Shown one piece after another: positions 52,093 to 63,990 of a DNA stretch of 64,000 bases. How positions within the stretch are numbered: position 1 is the stretch's first letter; the number at the start of each line of letters is the position of its first letter. The notes beneath the pieces are model-generated. The model was not told the origin of the DNA. It did not search any database and saw only the letters and a program-made list of their open reading frames with translations. The stretch comes from Octopus sinensis. Its lineage: Eukaryota. The DNA lies in the NCBI RefSeq assembly GCF_006345805.1, contig NC_043007.1:1302001-1366000 (forward strand). Reading direction: 5' to 3'. Both the position numbers and the translations under genes were made by a program.

Positions 52093-52783
52093 CTCTGTGT
52101 GTGTGTTCGTCCCACATCAGTGCTTGACAACTTGTATTGGTGTGTTAATGGGCCTGTAACCTAGCAGTTCTGCAAAAGAGCCTGATAGAATAAGTACCTG
52201 GCTTAACAAAGATAAGGACTGGGGTCGATTTCTTTAACTAACACCCTTTATGGCAATGCCCCAGCATGGCCACAGTTTAATGACTGAAACAAGTAAATGA
52301 TAAAAGATAGGTTATATATATATATGTTGTTGTATTTAGGAATGTGAAAATTACTTGATACAATTGGACTAAATACAAAAAAGTTTTTGTTTAATCATTT
52401 TTTTAAGATTATATTTTTTTAAAAAAGTGATAAATTCTTTATGAGAATGTCTCTAACATTTTTGGAAGAAATTGCTTTCTAGTGTGTGTAAGCGCTTTTG
52501 ATTATCTTTTCAACATTATGTGTGTGTGTGTGTGTGATGATTATCATCATCATCATTGTTTAATGTCTGCTTTCCATGCTAGCATGGGTTGGACTTTTGA
52601 CTGAGGACTGGCAAACCAGATGGCTATATCAGGCTTCAATCTTGATCTGGCAGAGTTTCTACAGCTGGATGCCCTTCCTAACGCCAACCACTCGGAATGT
52701 GTAGGGCCAATCAGTGTTTGATACGTTGAGTTTTTTCTTCTAATCTGATCTCTCTCTCTCTCTGTCTCTCTCTCTCATGCACA

Positions 52784-52825
<42 letters not shown>

Positions 52826-53667
52826 GTATTCTAATAATCTAATGCTGTGTGTAGAGGAAATACCTATTTCTTTACTATTCACAAGGGGCTAAACACAGGG
52901 GACAAACAAGGACAGACAAACGGATTAAGTCGATTATATTGACCCCAGTGCGTAACTGGTACTTTATTTATCGACCCCGAAAGGATGAAAGGCAACGTCG
53001 ACCTCGGCGGAATTTGAACTCAGAACGTAACGGCAGACGAAATACCGTTTGGCATTTCGCCCGGCGTGCTAACCTTTTCTGCCAAGAAATAGCAGGGTTA
53101 AATGGTGATCATGAATGACTTCATAGGAAGATACATAGGTGACGAGGGGGAAAAAAAAAAGAGATGAATTATTTAAAGGGAAATAACTGTTTAATTCGGT
53201 GTAATCAGATCTCCTGTAACTCTTATTTGACCATGTTTACATCTGTTTGAATGTGTTGGGGGCAGAGAAATGAAGAGAGAAACAGAGAAATTGTAAAAAT
53301 CGGAATCGTTAAAAAAACAGAAATGGGAAATCGGAATGTCATTGATGCAAGGGAGATAAATGAAGGCTGTATTAGAAAATTGTTTTGCATCGTTTATCTC
53401 CCTTCATTCTTATTATCGCCTTGAAATGTCATTTCTTGTTACGTGTAACTTCATTTAGGTCAGTCAGAGTTAATATAAAAAACCGGAATGTTTAAAACGA
53501 ATAGAAAAATCAAAATAGATTATTCTGCGTCACTGCAGAGTCAAATATTAAATAAAGATAAATACTGAATTACGACTGATTTTCTATTTCAATAATCAGA
53601 ACTTCCTCCTTCTCCTGTTAAAAAAACAAAAAACAAGATATTACTCAGTTTCTTTACGATTTATTTC

Positions 53668-53727
<60 letters not shown>

Positions 53728-54143
53728 GCTGGCGTGGCTGTGTGGTAAGTAGTATGCTTACCAACCACATGGTCTCAGGTTCAGTTCCATTGCATGGCAT
53801 CTTGGTCAATGACCAAAGCCTTGTGAGTGGATTAGGTAGACGGAAACTGAAAGAAGCCCATTGTGTGCGTGTGTGTCTGTGTTTGTCCCCCCCCACCATC
53901 ACTTGGCAACCGATGTTGGTGTGATTACGTCCCCGTAACTTGGCAATTTGGCAAAAGGGACTGATAGAATAGGTACAATTGACTGAAAAAAGTTAACGAG
54001 TGTACGAGTATATAAATATAATATATATATATAAAATAGAAATATTAAAATTACTAAAAACAAGTGGATGTATTCCACCGAAACTAGGTAAATAAAACCT
54101 TCGAACAGAGATTGTCGGAAGCGACACCTACTGGTCTGACTAC

Positions 54144-54185
54144 GCTGCATTGAAAAGGGGCAATACCCTGAAACGCGTCTGTAGC
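54144..54185 (+). ncRNA. Minimal type I hammerhead ribozyme motif, U3-A8 core variant, in MON2 intron 5 (sense)
   Basis: Helix I GCTGCA/TGTAGC (6 bp, one GU); core TTGAAAA 54150-54156; helix II GGGG-caata-CCCT; GAAA; palindromic helix III ACGCGT; GUC triplet, cleavage after 54179. Confidence 0.72.
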
Positions 54186-56831
54186 TGTCGGTCAAGTAGT
54201 GTGGAGCGACTGACCTCCCTTGTTCGAAGGTTATATGGATACAGTTTGTGTATGAAATAGCTAACTTAAGGCGATGGCCTCGTGGAGCTAATAAGCGGAC
54301 AGCTTTATTCTTATTTTTATAAGAATGCCATATTAGTATGGCGATAACTATTATATATATATACATATGATGCATGTAAAAAGCATCATGGTTGATGCAG
54401 GTGCCACCTGACTGGCTCCCATGGTAGTGGTATGTAAAAAGCACCATTCGAGCATGGCCGATGCCAGTGCTGCCTTAGTGGCTCCCATGCCAGTGGCACG
54501 TAAAAAGCATCATCCGAACGTTGTCAGTGCGGATGCCGCCTGACTGGCTCCCATGCCAGTGGTATGTAAAAAGCACCATTTGAGCATGGCCAATACCAGT
54601 GTTGCCTGACTAGCTCCTGTGCCAGTGGCATGTAAAAAGTACCCCTTACACTCTTGGAGTGGTTGGTATTAGGAAGGGCATCCAACTAAAGAAACCTTGC
54701 CAGATCAGATTGGAGCCTGGTGCAGCTTCCTGGCTTGCCAGTCCTCAGTCAAACCGTCCAACCCATGCCAGCATGGAAAGCAGATGTTAAACAATGATGA
54801 TGATGATGTTTCCTCAATGCTGTATAGCAAGTGAGTTTGCTTGTAAGCTTTTAAAATAAAACCACTTTATCCTGTTTAAATGGTAATTTTTTGTTAATTT
54901 CTCGATCTGCTATTTATAAATATTGAACTCTTTTGTCTGATGAGCCAGGCCAGACTTTAGAAATGGTCGATGCAATCATTGTAAGAATCAATAACTACAA
55001 CTGGAATGGTAATATCAATAGAGAAAACTACCAAGAGATTTGAGTTACCATCTCGGCAATGTTGACTCTGTGCTTCATCCTTCTAGGTTAAATATTGCAG
55101 GAAATATGTTTGGCCAGGCTGTTATATGACTTTGCTTTGCAGTCAAATGGTTTTGGGTTCAACCCCCATTGCATGACATCTTGGCCAAAAGGGTTTTCTG
55201 CCACTACCTTGGGTTGTCCAATGCTATATGGGTGGAATTAAGACCCAACAAATGAAGTGAGTTCATGGCTCGCAGGACAGCCTGCTGTGCTAACCTTGGA
55301 TCGTAGGGTGACCTGCTGTGCTTGAGGAGACCTATTGAGTCAAGTACATCAACATCAAAATAAAAATCAAATGGAAATTGTAGTTGTGATACCCATGCCG
55401 GTAGCACGTAAAAAGCACCATCCGAACGTGGCCGATGCCAGTGCTGCCTTGACTGGTGTCCGTGCCGGTGACACGTAAAAAGCACCAACCGATCGTGGCC
55501 GTTTGCCAGCCTCCCTTGGCCCCTGTGCCAGTAGCACGTAAAAGACTCCCACTACACTCTCGGGGTGGTTAGCATTAGGAAGGGCATCCAGCTGTAGAAA
55601 CACTGTCAGATCAGACTGGAGCCTGGTGCAGCCATCTGGCTTCCCAGACCCCAGTCGAACCGCACAACCCATGCTAGCATGGAAAACGGACGTTAAATGA
55701 TGATGATGATGATGATAATGATATATGTGTGTGTGTGTGTGTGTTGATATGTATTGTGAAAATACACATTGTTGATCAAAACTAAAGAACTGATGTTTTT
55801 AAACAAAAATATCCTATGTGATTGCTGTTTCTCCCGAGTTAATGAGGTGCTCCCTTGTAGCTCTCATCACTTCATTGTTAATGCAATGAATCAATGATTG
55901 GCCCCTTTGGATGCCTGTAATTTGTGATGCTATTGTTCACAAAATGCATGGTATAAATAAATAGATACCAGGTGTGTCTAAAATCAACACCTCACCCACC
56001 TCCTTTCATCTCAACTAAAATTCTGAGCTTTGTGCTTGTGTTAGAAATTCTAACAGAACTTTATTAGAATAGTTTTGACTGAAGAATTGTGAGACAAAAC
56101 TTTCAAAATTCTTTCTGAAAACTAGGACAATGCAAATTAGAAAGAAAGGAATAAAGGTAAAAATAAGAAAGGTAACACCTTTAGAGTATCGGCTATTTTT
56201 CTTTCTTAAGAAAAGATCAGTTAAACTCTTAAACTCTATCTAAATCTGCCCTTCTGCTAACACCTTCATCATCATCATCATCACTGTCGTTTAACATCCA
56301 CTTTCCATGCTGCCATGGATGAAACTGTTTGACTGAGGAGTGGCGAACCAGATGGCTGCTCCAGGCTCATATCTGATGTGGCAGAGTTTCTACAGCTGGA
56401 TGCCCTTCCTAACACCAACCACTCTGATAGTGTAGTGGTTGCTTTTTATGTACCACCAACATGAGGTCCAGTCAGGCAATACTGGCTTCAGTTATGCTTA
56501 AATGGTATTTTTTATGTGCTTCCGGCACAGGAGCCAGTCAGGTGGTACTGGTATCGACCATGTTTGAATGCTGCTTTTTATGTACCACCGGCACGGGAGC
56601 CAGTCAGGCAGCACTGGCATCGATCATGCTTTAATGGTACTTTTTATGTGCCACCGGCACGGGACCAGTCAGCCAGCATAAACATAACTCCTCATGACTT
56701 AGTAAAAAAAAAATAAAAAAACGAAATCCCAAATCTTTTGTTTTAGAAAGTAAGTGTTGTCTGCTCTTACAAATGTATTGTTGTTTATGTATTATTTTTT
56801 ATGAAATAATTTCACAATTTCCTTGTTTCAG

Positions 56832-56932
56832 AAGTTAATGGCAATATATCTTTTGAAGATTTGAAGATAGGTAGTAAAACACCTCCAAAATCTTTGCAGC
56901 CATGTGCAGGAGACGCCTACTTGCTCTTTCAG
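56832..56932 (+). CDS. MON2: MON2 coding exon 6 (EVNGNISFEDLKIGSKTPPKSLQPCAGDAYLLFQ)
   Basis: Acceptor ccttgtttcag, donor GTAATT; 101 nt, phase 1 to 0; L.PCA.DAY.LFQ motif. Confidence 0.93.
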
Positions 56933-57077
56933 GTAATTCGTTTTTTTTATCATTCATTGCTCTTATACATTAAAAAGACAAAAATTGAAATACAGGTGTG
57001 GTTGTAGCCATGTAATTAAGTAATTTGCTTGATGGATATTGTGCAGAAGCCTGCTATATGTATGAATGTGATCAAGT

Positions 57078-57575
57078 TTGTGTGTGTGTGCAAGTATGCA
57101 TGTGTGCAAGTATGTGTGTGTGCAAGTATGTATGTGTGTGTGCAAGTATGCATGTGTGCAAGTATGCATGTGTGCATGTATGTATGTGTGCAAGTATGTA
57201 TATGTGTGTGCAAGTGTGTTTGTGTGCAAGTATGCATGTGTGCAAGTATGCATGTGTGCAAGTATGCATGTGTGCAAGTATGCATGTGTGCAAGTGTCTT
57301 TGTGTGCAAGTATGTATGTGTGCAAGTATGCATGTATGCAAGTATGCATGTGTGCATGTATGTATGTGTGCAAGTATGTATATGTGTGTGCAAGTGTCTT
57401 AGTGTGCAAGTGTGTTTGTGTGCAAGTATGCATGTGTGCAAGTGTCTTTGTGTGCAAGTATGTATGTGTGCAAGTATGCATGTGTGCATGTATACATGTG
57501 TGCATGTATGTATGTGTGCAAGTATGTATGTATGTGTGCAAGTGTCTTTGTGTGCAAGTATGTTTGTGTGCAAGC
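57078..57575. repeat. TGTGCAAGTA(TG)n-type minisatellite
   Basis: Units of 14-22 bp anchored on GCAAGT, with recurring higher-order blocks. Confidence 0.9.
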
Positions 57576-58189
57576 CGATCGTGGGTGCAGATCTTGGTGG
57601 TAGTAACGAATATTTGAATAGCACCTTGGAGAGCTGCTGTGGATGGTGGGTATGGACCAGTTTGAGAGCTGTGAATCATTACAGACCTGGATTTTCCATG
57701 TGTGCTAGTATGTATATATGTCTCTGTCTGTCTGTGTGTCTATCTACCCTGCTGCAATTCAAAGGTTGGTCCAGGGCTATAAGAAAAGACATTTATCCAG
57801 TGTCATGTAGTGGGACTGAACTCAAAGCCATTTGGTTGCAAAGCAAACTTCTTAACTACACATCATCATCATCATCATCATCATCATTGTTTAACGTCCG
57901 CTTTCCATGCTGGCATGGGTTGGACGATTTTGACTGAAGGCTGGCGAACCAGATGGCTGCACCAGGCTCCAATCTTGATCTGGCAGAGTCTCTACAGCTG
58001 GATGCCCTTCCTAACACCAACCACTCCGAGAGTGTAATGGGTGGTTTTTACGTGCCACCGGCACAGGGGCCAGCCAGGAAGTACTGGCAAAGACCTCACA
58101 TAATTTTGAAACTTAAGAAAAAAAAAATGAAAAAAAGATAGGAACAAAACCATGAAACTGAATGCAATTCTTTTATTTTCTAATTCCAG

Positions 58190-58315
58190 GATCTGTGCCA
58201 ACTTGTGAATGCTGATCAACCCTACTGGCTCGTTGGAATGACAGAAATGACCCGCACGTTCGGGTTGGAACTTCTCGAATCAGTCCTCACTACATTCTCT
58301 AATGTCTTCTTACGC
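58190..58315 (+). CDS. MON2: MON2 coding exon 7 ([42 protein letters not shown])
   Basis: Acceptor taattccag, donor GTGAGT; 126 nt; highly conserved [32 protein letters not shown]. Confidence 0.97.
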
Positions 58316-58423
58316 GTGAGTACCTTCCCAACGAAATCCTCTCATCATCTTTTCTTGATGCTTACAGATTCATAGTTACGATAATGTTCCACTTCACCAA
58401 CGAAGTAACAGAAAAGGAAATGT

Positions 58424-58856
58424 GGATCTTTACCTTTTGACTGACAGATTTCAAAAATAATTTTTTGTAACTAAACACTTTCAAACTTCGTATACTGGTA
58501 GAATGTGACATATAAAACATCTTTTACTCTTAACGTTTTTGAGAAAAGCTTATATTTAGGAAGTTATTTCATGTTAAAGTTATAATATTTCAGTAATTTC
58601 AACCAATTAATGACGTGTATTCAGCTGAATAGACTTACTTCTGTTGTTTGTCAACAACAACTTCTGGCGGTGTATATTTCAGTGTATATTTGTCACTATT
58701 ATTTATGACAACCCTAACCATAAAACCCTAACCCTAAAACCTTAACCCTAACCCTAACCCTAAAACCTTAACCCTAACCCTAAAGCTAAAACCAGTACGA
58801 ATGCACAAATGATGTCATACATATTTTAAAATCTGTCGGTCAAAAGGTTAAGATCC
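58424..58856. mobile_element. Diverged subfamily of the TTAGGG-bearing TIR element, MON2 intron 7
   Basis: GGATCTTTACCTTTTGACTGACAGATTT / AAAATCTGTCGGTCAAAAGGTTAAGATCC ends; shared AACTTCGTATACTGGTAGAATGTG block; (CCCTAA)n at 58715-58785. Confidence 0.75.
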
Positions 58857-59507
58857 CAAAATATAGAGAAATCAAGCAAAACTACATCTGAAGTTGTTTC
58901 CTGTGTGCTGGAAAAAAAAAAAAAAAAATTTCAAGTGCAGGCATAAATCAGTATGTGTGTGTAGACAAGTGGATACATAGAAACTGTTTTTACATCTAAA
59001 GTGCAGGAGTGGCTGTGTGGTAAGTAGCTTGCTTACCAACCACATGGTTCCGGGTTCAGTCCCACTACGTGGCACCTTGGGCAAGTGTCTTCTACTATAG
59101 CCTCGGGTCGACCAAAGCCTTGTGAGTGGATTTAGTAGCCGGAAACTGAAAGAAGCCTGTCGTATATATGTATATGTGTGTGTGTGTGTGTGTATATGTT
59201 TGTGTGTCTGTATTTGTTCCCCCAACATCGCTTGACAACTGATGGTGGTGTGTTTCCATCCCCTTAACTTAGCGGTTTGGCAAAAGAGACCAATAGAATA
59301 AGTACTAGGCTTACAAAGAATAAGAATAAGTATGGAAATAGACAGTAAATGCTTGTTGGGAAATTGTTGTGTATTGCTGGTGTATATATTGCGTGTGTAG
59401 ACAAGTGTGTTAAATTTCAGGTTGTAGAGCAGATATACCCATCCTATGCCAGTATCAGAAGAGATTCCATTAAAATATTTATAATGATGTTGACTATTAT
59501 TATATTA

Positions 59508-59899
59508 CTAGCAGTATCGCCCGGCATTGCTCGGGTTTGTTTCGAGCCTTTAGAATTGGAATTTTTGGAAACTAAAAATTTTGCATTATGTAGCTTGTTA
59601 TTCTCTTTAAGTGAACATTTTTCTGGTTGAAATACACCGAAAAATGGTGACACAGCAGCCAAAAAATCATAAAAAATAGGGATTTTCATAGAAAAAAAAA
59701 AGCACCTTTTTGATGTATATAATTTTTGGTGTTAACATGGTCTGATTTGAATTTTTTCTTCTAGGGAAGGAAGAGCAAGCCTTCTTCTATTATACTCTCA
59801 ATTTTGATCAACTTGCACCGCAGGGTCTCGGAGGAGATAGTGTAGTTGATGGCTACCAAACCTGCCACACAGACAACTTCAGCTTTATATATATAGAGA
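59508..59899 (-). mobile_element. Non-autonomous Helitron (same family as 24161-24551)
   Basis: Minus strand A|TCTCTATATATATAAAGCTGAAG ... CCCGAGCAATGCCGGGCGATACTGCTAG|T; collinear with the 24-kb copy. Confidence 0.87.
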
Positions 59900-59964
59900 T
59901 GATTACTGACACAGTTTTCACTATTTAATGTCTTAATGGCTTTTATACTTGTTTTATTTTGCAG

Positions 59965-60159
59965 CATCCAGAGTTCAGTTTTATGTTAAAAGAGCGTGTA
60001 TGTCCTTTGGTAATCAAGCTGTTCTCACCGAGTCTCAAGTACAGACAGGGAGTGCCTCCACCTCCATCACCTGCTCCTGTTGAAAAGCCTTTTTTTCCCA
60101 TTGTGATGAGACTTCTTCGGATTGTCTCTGTACTAATAAAATATTACTACCAGCTTCTG
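59965..60159 (+). CDS. MON2: MON2 coding exon 8 ([22 protein letters not shown]...[27 protein letters not shown]); gene continues beyond window
   Basis: Acceptor ttattttgcag, donor GTGAGT; 195 nt; [14 protein letters not shown] motif; no further MON2 exon seen before 64000. Confidence 0.97.
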
Positions 60160-60240
60160 GTGAGTCGTTTACTCTCTAAAATGATATTTTTTTATGCCAA
60201 AATTGTTTAATATCTACTGACAGATGTCATTGATTGACAA

Positions 60241-60296
<56 letters not shown>

Positions 60297-60643
60297 GATA
60301 TATATATATATGACACAAAGTAAGTTAGGGGTTATGGGTGCAACCCACTAAGGGATAGTATTTATCCAATATACTGTTGGTAAAGTACCCAAATTCTTAA
60401 TACATAAATGTTTTTAATTGCAATGCAATTAATTCATTTATTGTATTAAACGGGTTAAGGTAAAGAAATATTTTTACCGTTAATTTATAATGCAAATAAG
60501 GAAATGGAGAAATAATTTAGTTGTTTCAACATTCTAATATCCAAAAGTTGATGAACAAACTAAATTGTTTCTCCATTTTCGTATTTGTATTATATATATA
60601 TATATATATACTTTATTTTAAGCAGCAGAAAATTCAACAAAAT

Positions 60644-60681
60644 CTGTTACTCTGAGTTTCTCTTTGCCGTTCATCAGACAG
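60644..60681 (-). ncRNA. Degenerate canonical-core hammerhead motif
   Basis: Minus strand CTGT-CTGATGA-acggcaaaga-GAAA-CTCAGA-GTA-ACAG; helix I (4 bp), core and near-palindromic helix III present, helix II does not pair. Confidence 0.5.
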
Positions 60682-61692
60682 TTTTTTGCTAGAATGGAAC
60701 ATATATATTAATTCAATCTATACTCTTACAAACGCTACACCTTTAAAAAGAAATGGACTTGTTTGATTGGCCCTTTAGAAAAAACGGTCAATCTTCGAGC
60801 GATAAACAAAAAGGTCAAAAATATATGTATATATATATAAAAACTTATAAAAATTATAAAATCCGAGGAAAAAACCGAGGAAAAAACCTATTGCCGTTAT
60901 TGAAGACAGTACAAATTAATGCATAGAAATTAAACCTGTTATAAATACTGCAATACATATTTATATTAAAATCCACATATATATATCAACATACACAAAA
61001 GGATGCGCGTAAACGCCATACATACATATACAGACGTATGAATATGAATCTAAATTATACACATAAAAGCATGTGTACATATATTCACGCAAACCGTCTC
61101 GCACGCAAGCTAAAATTCATCTATGTAGCAATTCTCATATACTGAGCAAGGAGGGGGAACAAAAGAAGGGAAAGAGAGAAAAAGGAACGAAAGAGGGGTG
61201 GGGGGGGGGAAACTTGTAGCGATGTTATTGGCATCTATAGAGGCCAGTATACATACACAAGTTTGAATTGATACATATACATACCGTCGTGTGTATGCGT
61301 GCTTAAGCACAAGCATACTTTCACTTACACATACACAGATACGCATGCTTACAAATACATATGCTTTGCTATACACAAACTTATATAAACATTCTAAATT
61401 TGACAACATTGCTTTTTTTTAAAAAAAGCATTGCTTTTAAAAAATGGGTGCATTAATAAAAATATATACGAAAGACATATAAAATAAAATATAACATCCT
61501 ATTTTGGGTCATTTATAAATAATCAAGGTAATATAAATAATCAAGGTAATCCTATGCAATACAATAACATGAAAACAAAGTTTGTAGGTTTTTCCTAATA
61601 TATATGTAGAAACAATAAGACTTTGCTATAGATCCGTCGTAGCGCTTAAGAGTCAAAATCAAAATCAAAAATCAAAATACAAAATATATACT

Positions 61693-62887
61693 CTATCCAT
61701 ATGGTATATTTATATTCGACATTTTAAATTTAGCCGCGTGCCTACATAAGTTCATTAACTCACTTCTTTGATTCAAAGAATTATTGTCTTTGAATAATAT
61801 GTGCATTTTTTCTAATAAGCAAAGCTTGCACTTGAAATTATATTTGAAAGCTCCATGCCTGTATGGTGCCGCCCTGTCCAGAATGCTCCATGTCACGTTG
61901 AAAGGTGGGGCTTCCTTTTCTTTTAGTTCCCAGACATATTTTGCTAGGCTGGTTTTCCTCCTATTCTCTGGGTATTTAAAAGAATTCTTATGAGAATAAA
62001 ATCTTGTTTTAAATGAATTTTCTGAAGCCCCTGTGTATGTCTTGTATTCCGATGAGCCTTCCACTTGCACCTTGGCTCTATAAACTACTCCTTTCACTAG
62101 ACATTTCCCTTCTAACGGACAGGAGCTTTCGTTTTTGCAATTACATTTCTTAATGGGCTCGGCACCATGTCTAATCTCAATTAGCTTCCTATTATGTTGG
62201 CTAATGTAAGAGGCGAAATTTCTGCAACAAGAATAGCTAACCTTCAGGGTTCTTCTATTAAATATTCTGTAGAATTTATGACCCTGCTTAAAATGCTTAG
62301 AGACTAATCTCAAAAATTCCTTACCTATATTAGTCTTTACGGCCAAATTGAAAGCCGGGTTGAACCACAAAAACTTTCCTGGTCCTAGTTCTTCGTGCAG
62401 CATTATTATTAGCATTAAGCTGGTTGAACTGGATCTTCTCCGAGAATCCACTATTCTTCAATGCGCTATCGTAATAAGGTGCAGCATTATGGAATGCTGC
62501 CTCGTCCGAAGAAATTGAAGATATTCTTCTACCTACATTGCTGACTAAGTTGCTAAGGATAACTGGTGGTTTCGAATCTTTGCTAATATACGATAGCTTT
62601 TCATTGGGCTTACGGAAAGGTTTAAATCTATCCGGTCTTACATTAAAATTTACGTCTAAAAAATCTACACTATTCAGGTTAGTATCTATCGTAATCCGTA
62701 AGCCCATCCTTTGAAAGAAAGCTATAAGGTCCTTCCTAAGTCTATCTGATTCATGGCCGTTTAGATTATGCGTGGCTATGAGGCCGTCATCCCTATATTG
62801 ACCTGCATCTATAAATGGGAATTCTATTTTTAGATTATGGAGAATAAAGGCTCCTATGAGCATACATAATTCAGCCCCGTCGTATGA
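61693..62887 (-). mobile_element. Penelope-like retroelement, 5'-truncated: RT C-terminal part plus GIY-YIG endonuclease (Naiad-like clade by inference)
   Basis: SYDGAELC...YRDDGL...FLDV RT motifs; WFNP, CNC.....CPLEGKC linker; GVVY...YTG, FKTRFYSH, CKLCLLEK, LNQRSE endonuclease motifs; ORFs 62330-62863 and 61693-62451 join by removing one base from the A5 run at 62369-62373. Confidence 0.92.
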
Positions 62888-63012
62888 CAGGGTGATTCAA
62901 AACTCACCATACATACAATTTAGTTTTTTATAAGGAACATTTCTTTTTATTTAACTGTTCCTTATAAAAAAATAAATTTTTTCCTATGTATGGTGACTTT
63001 TGAATCACCCTG
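62888..63012. mobile_element. Tc1/mariner-type MITE at the 5' truncation point of the Penelope-like element
   Basis: About 28-bp TIRs CAGGGTGATTCAAAA(C/G)TCACCATACATA; TA on right flank, GA on left. Confidence 0.75.
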
Positions 63013-63319
63013 TATATATATATATATATTATAAAAAGTGTAGGTGGCATACGAGTGGGTATATATTTATAAAAAAGAAGTTTGAAAATGCCACGATATA
63101 AGATAAATTTAAATTTTCTTAGAGATTTTACATGTTTTGGTTCTTCTTGAAAAAACGAACCTTATCAAAAATATTTTTGAAAGTGTAATAAAAAAGTTCA
63201 TAATTGTTTCTTACTAGTCTCAACAGAGTCCACGTGGTGGTGTTTTGTGGGTGGGGGGGGGGAGCATAATGGCTGTCTTGTGCATTGACTAGAATCGTTG
63301 GCTGTAATCGTGAAAGTCA

Positions 63320-63990
63320 CTTGTTAATGTCTGTTTTCCATGCTAGCATGGGTTGGACGGTTCGACCAGGGTCTGGAAAGCCAGGAGGCTGCACCAGGCT
63401 CCAGTCTGATCTGGCAGTGTTTCTACAGCTGGATGCCCTTCCTAATGCCAACTACCCAAGAGTGTAGTGGGTGCTTTTTAGATGCTACCGGCACAGGGAC
63501 TAGAGGGGGCTGGCAATGGCCGTGATTGGTTGGTGCTTTTTACGTGCCACCGGCACAGAAGCCAGTTGAGGCAGTGCTGGCATCGGTCATGTTCAGATGG
63601 TGATTTTTATGTGCCACCGGCATGAGGATCACAACTACAATTTCCATTTGATTTTCATTTTGATGTTGATGTACTTGACTCAATAGGTCTCCTCAAGCAC
63701 AGATTGTCACCCAACGATCCAAGGTACTTTTGAATGGACTGGAGCTGGTTATGCAAAACTGGTGTTGGAAACTGCTGTGGACTCACTTTATTTGCCGAGT
63801 CTTTGCAGTCACAGCATATCTCCAGAGGTCTCGGTCTTTCATTATAGCCTCTGTGAGGCCCAACATTCGAAGGTCATGCTTCACCACCTCATCCCATGTC
63901 TTCCTGGGTCTACCTCTAACCTGGATTCCTTCAAATGTTTGGGAGTGGCACTTCTTCACACTGCTCTCCTCACAGCTCTCCTCACATACA
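63320..63990 (-). mobile_element. RTE LINE 3' end: ORF terminus plus 3' UTR with 66-bp VNTR
   Basis: Minus translation ...RGRPRKTWDEVVKHDLRMLGL...DRDLWRYAVTAKTR runs into the UTR family also seen at about 18645, 19255, 20240, 27150, 31478, 32400, 33237, 42140, 47170, 49095, 52540, 54370, 55325, 56270 and 57860. Confidence 0.8.

Noticed and set aside
54045-54095. Possible additional hammerhead (GTGGA/TCCAC hairpin, CGAAACTAGGTA)
   Set aside because: No valid 7-nt core and no helix I pairing.
54370-54650. Regularly spaced GTAAAAAGCACC repeats resembling a CRISPR array
   Set aside because: The intervening sequences are homologous to each other (66-bp VNTR), there are no cas genes, and the context is eukaryotic.
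58715-58785. (CCCTAA)n as a telomere or chromosome-fusion scar
   Set aside because: Short, degenerate and always internal to one TIR-bounded repeat family.
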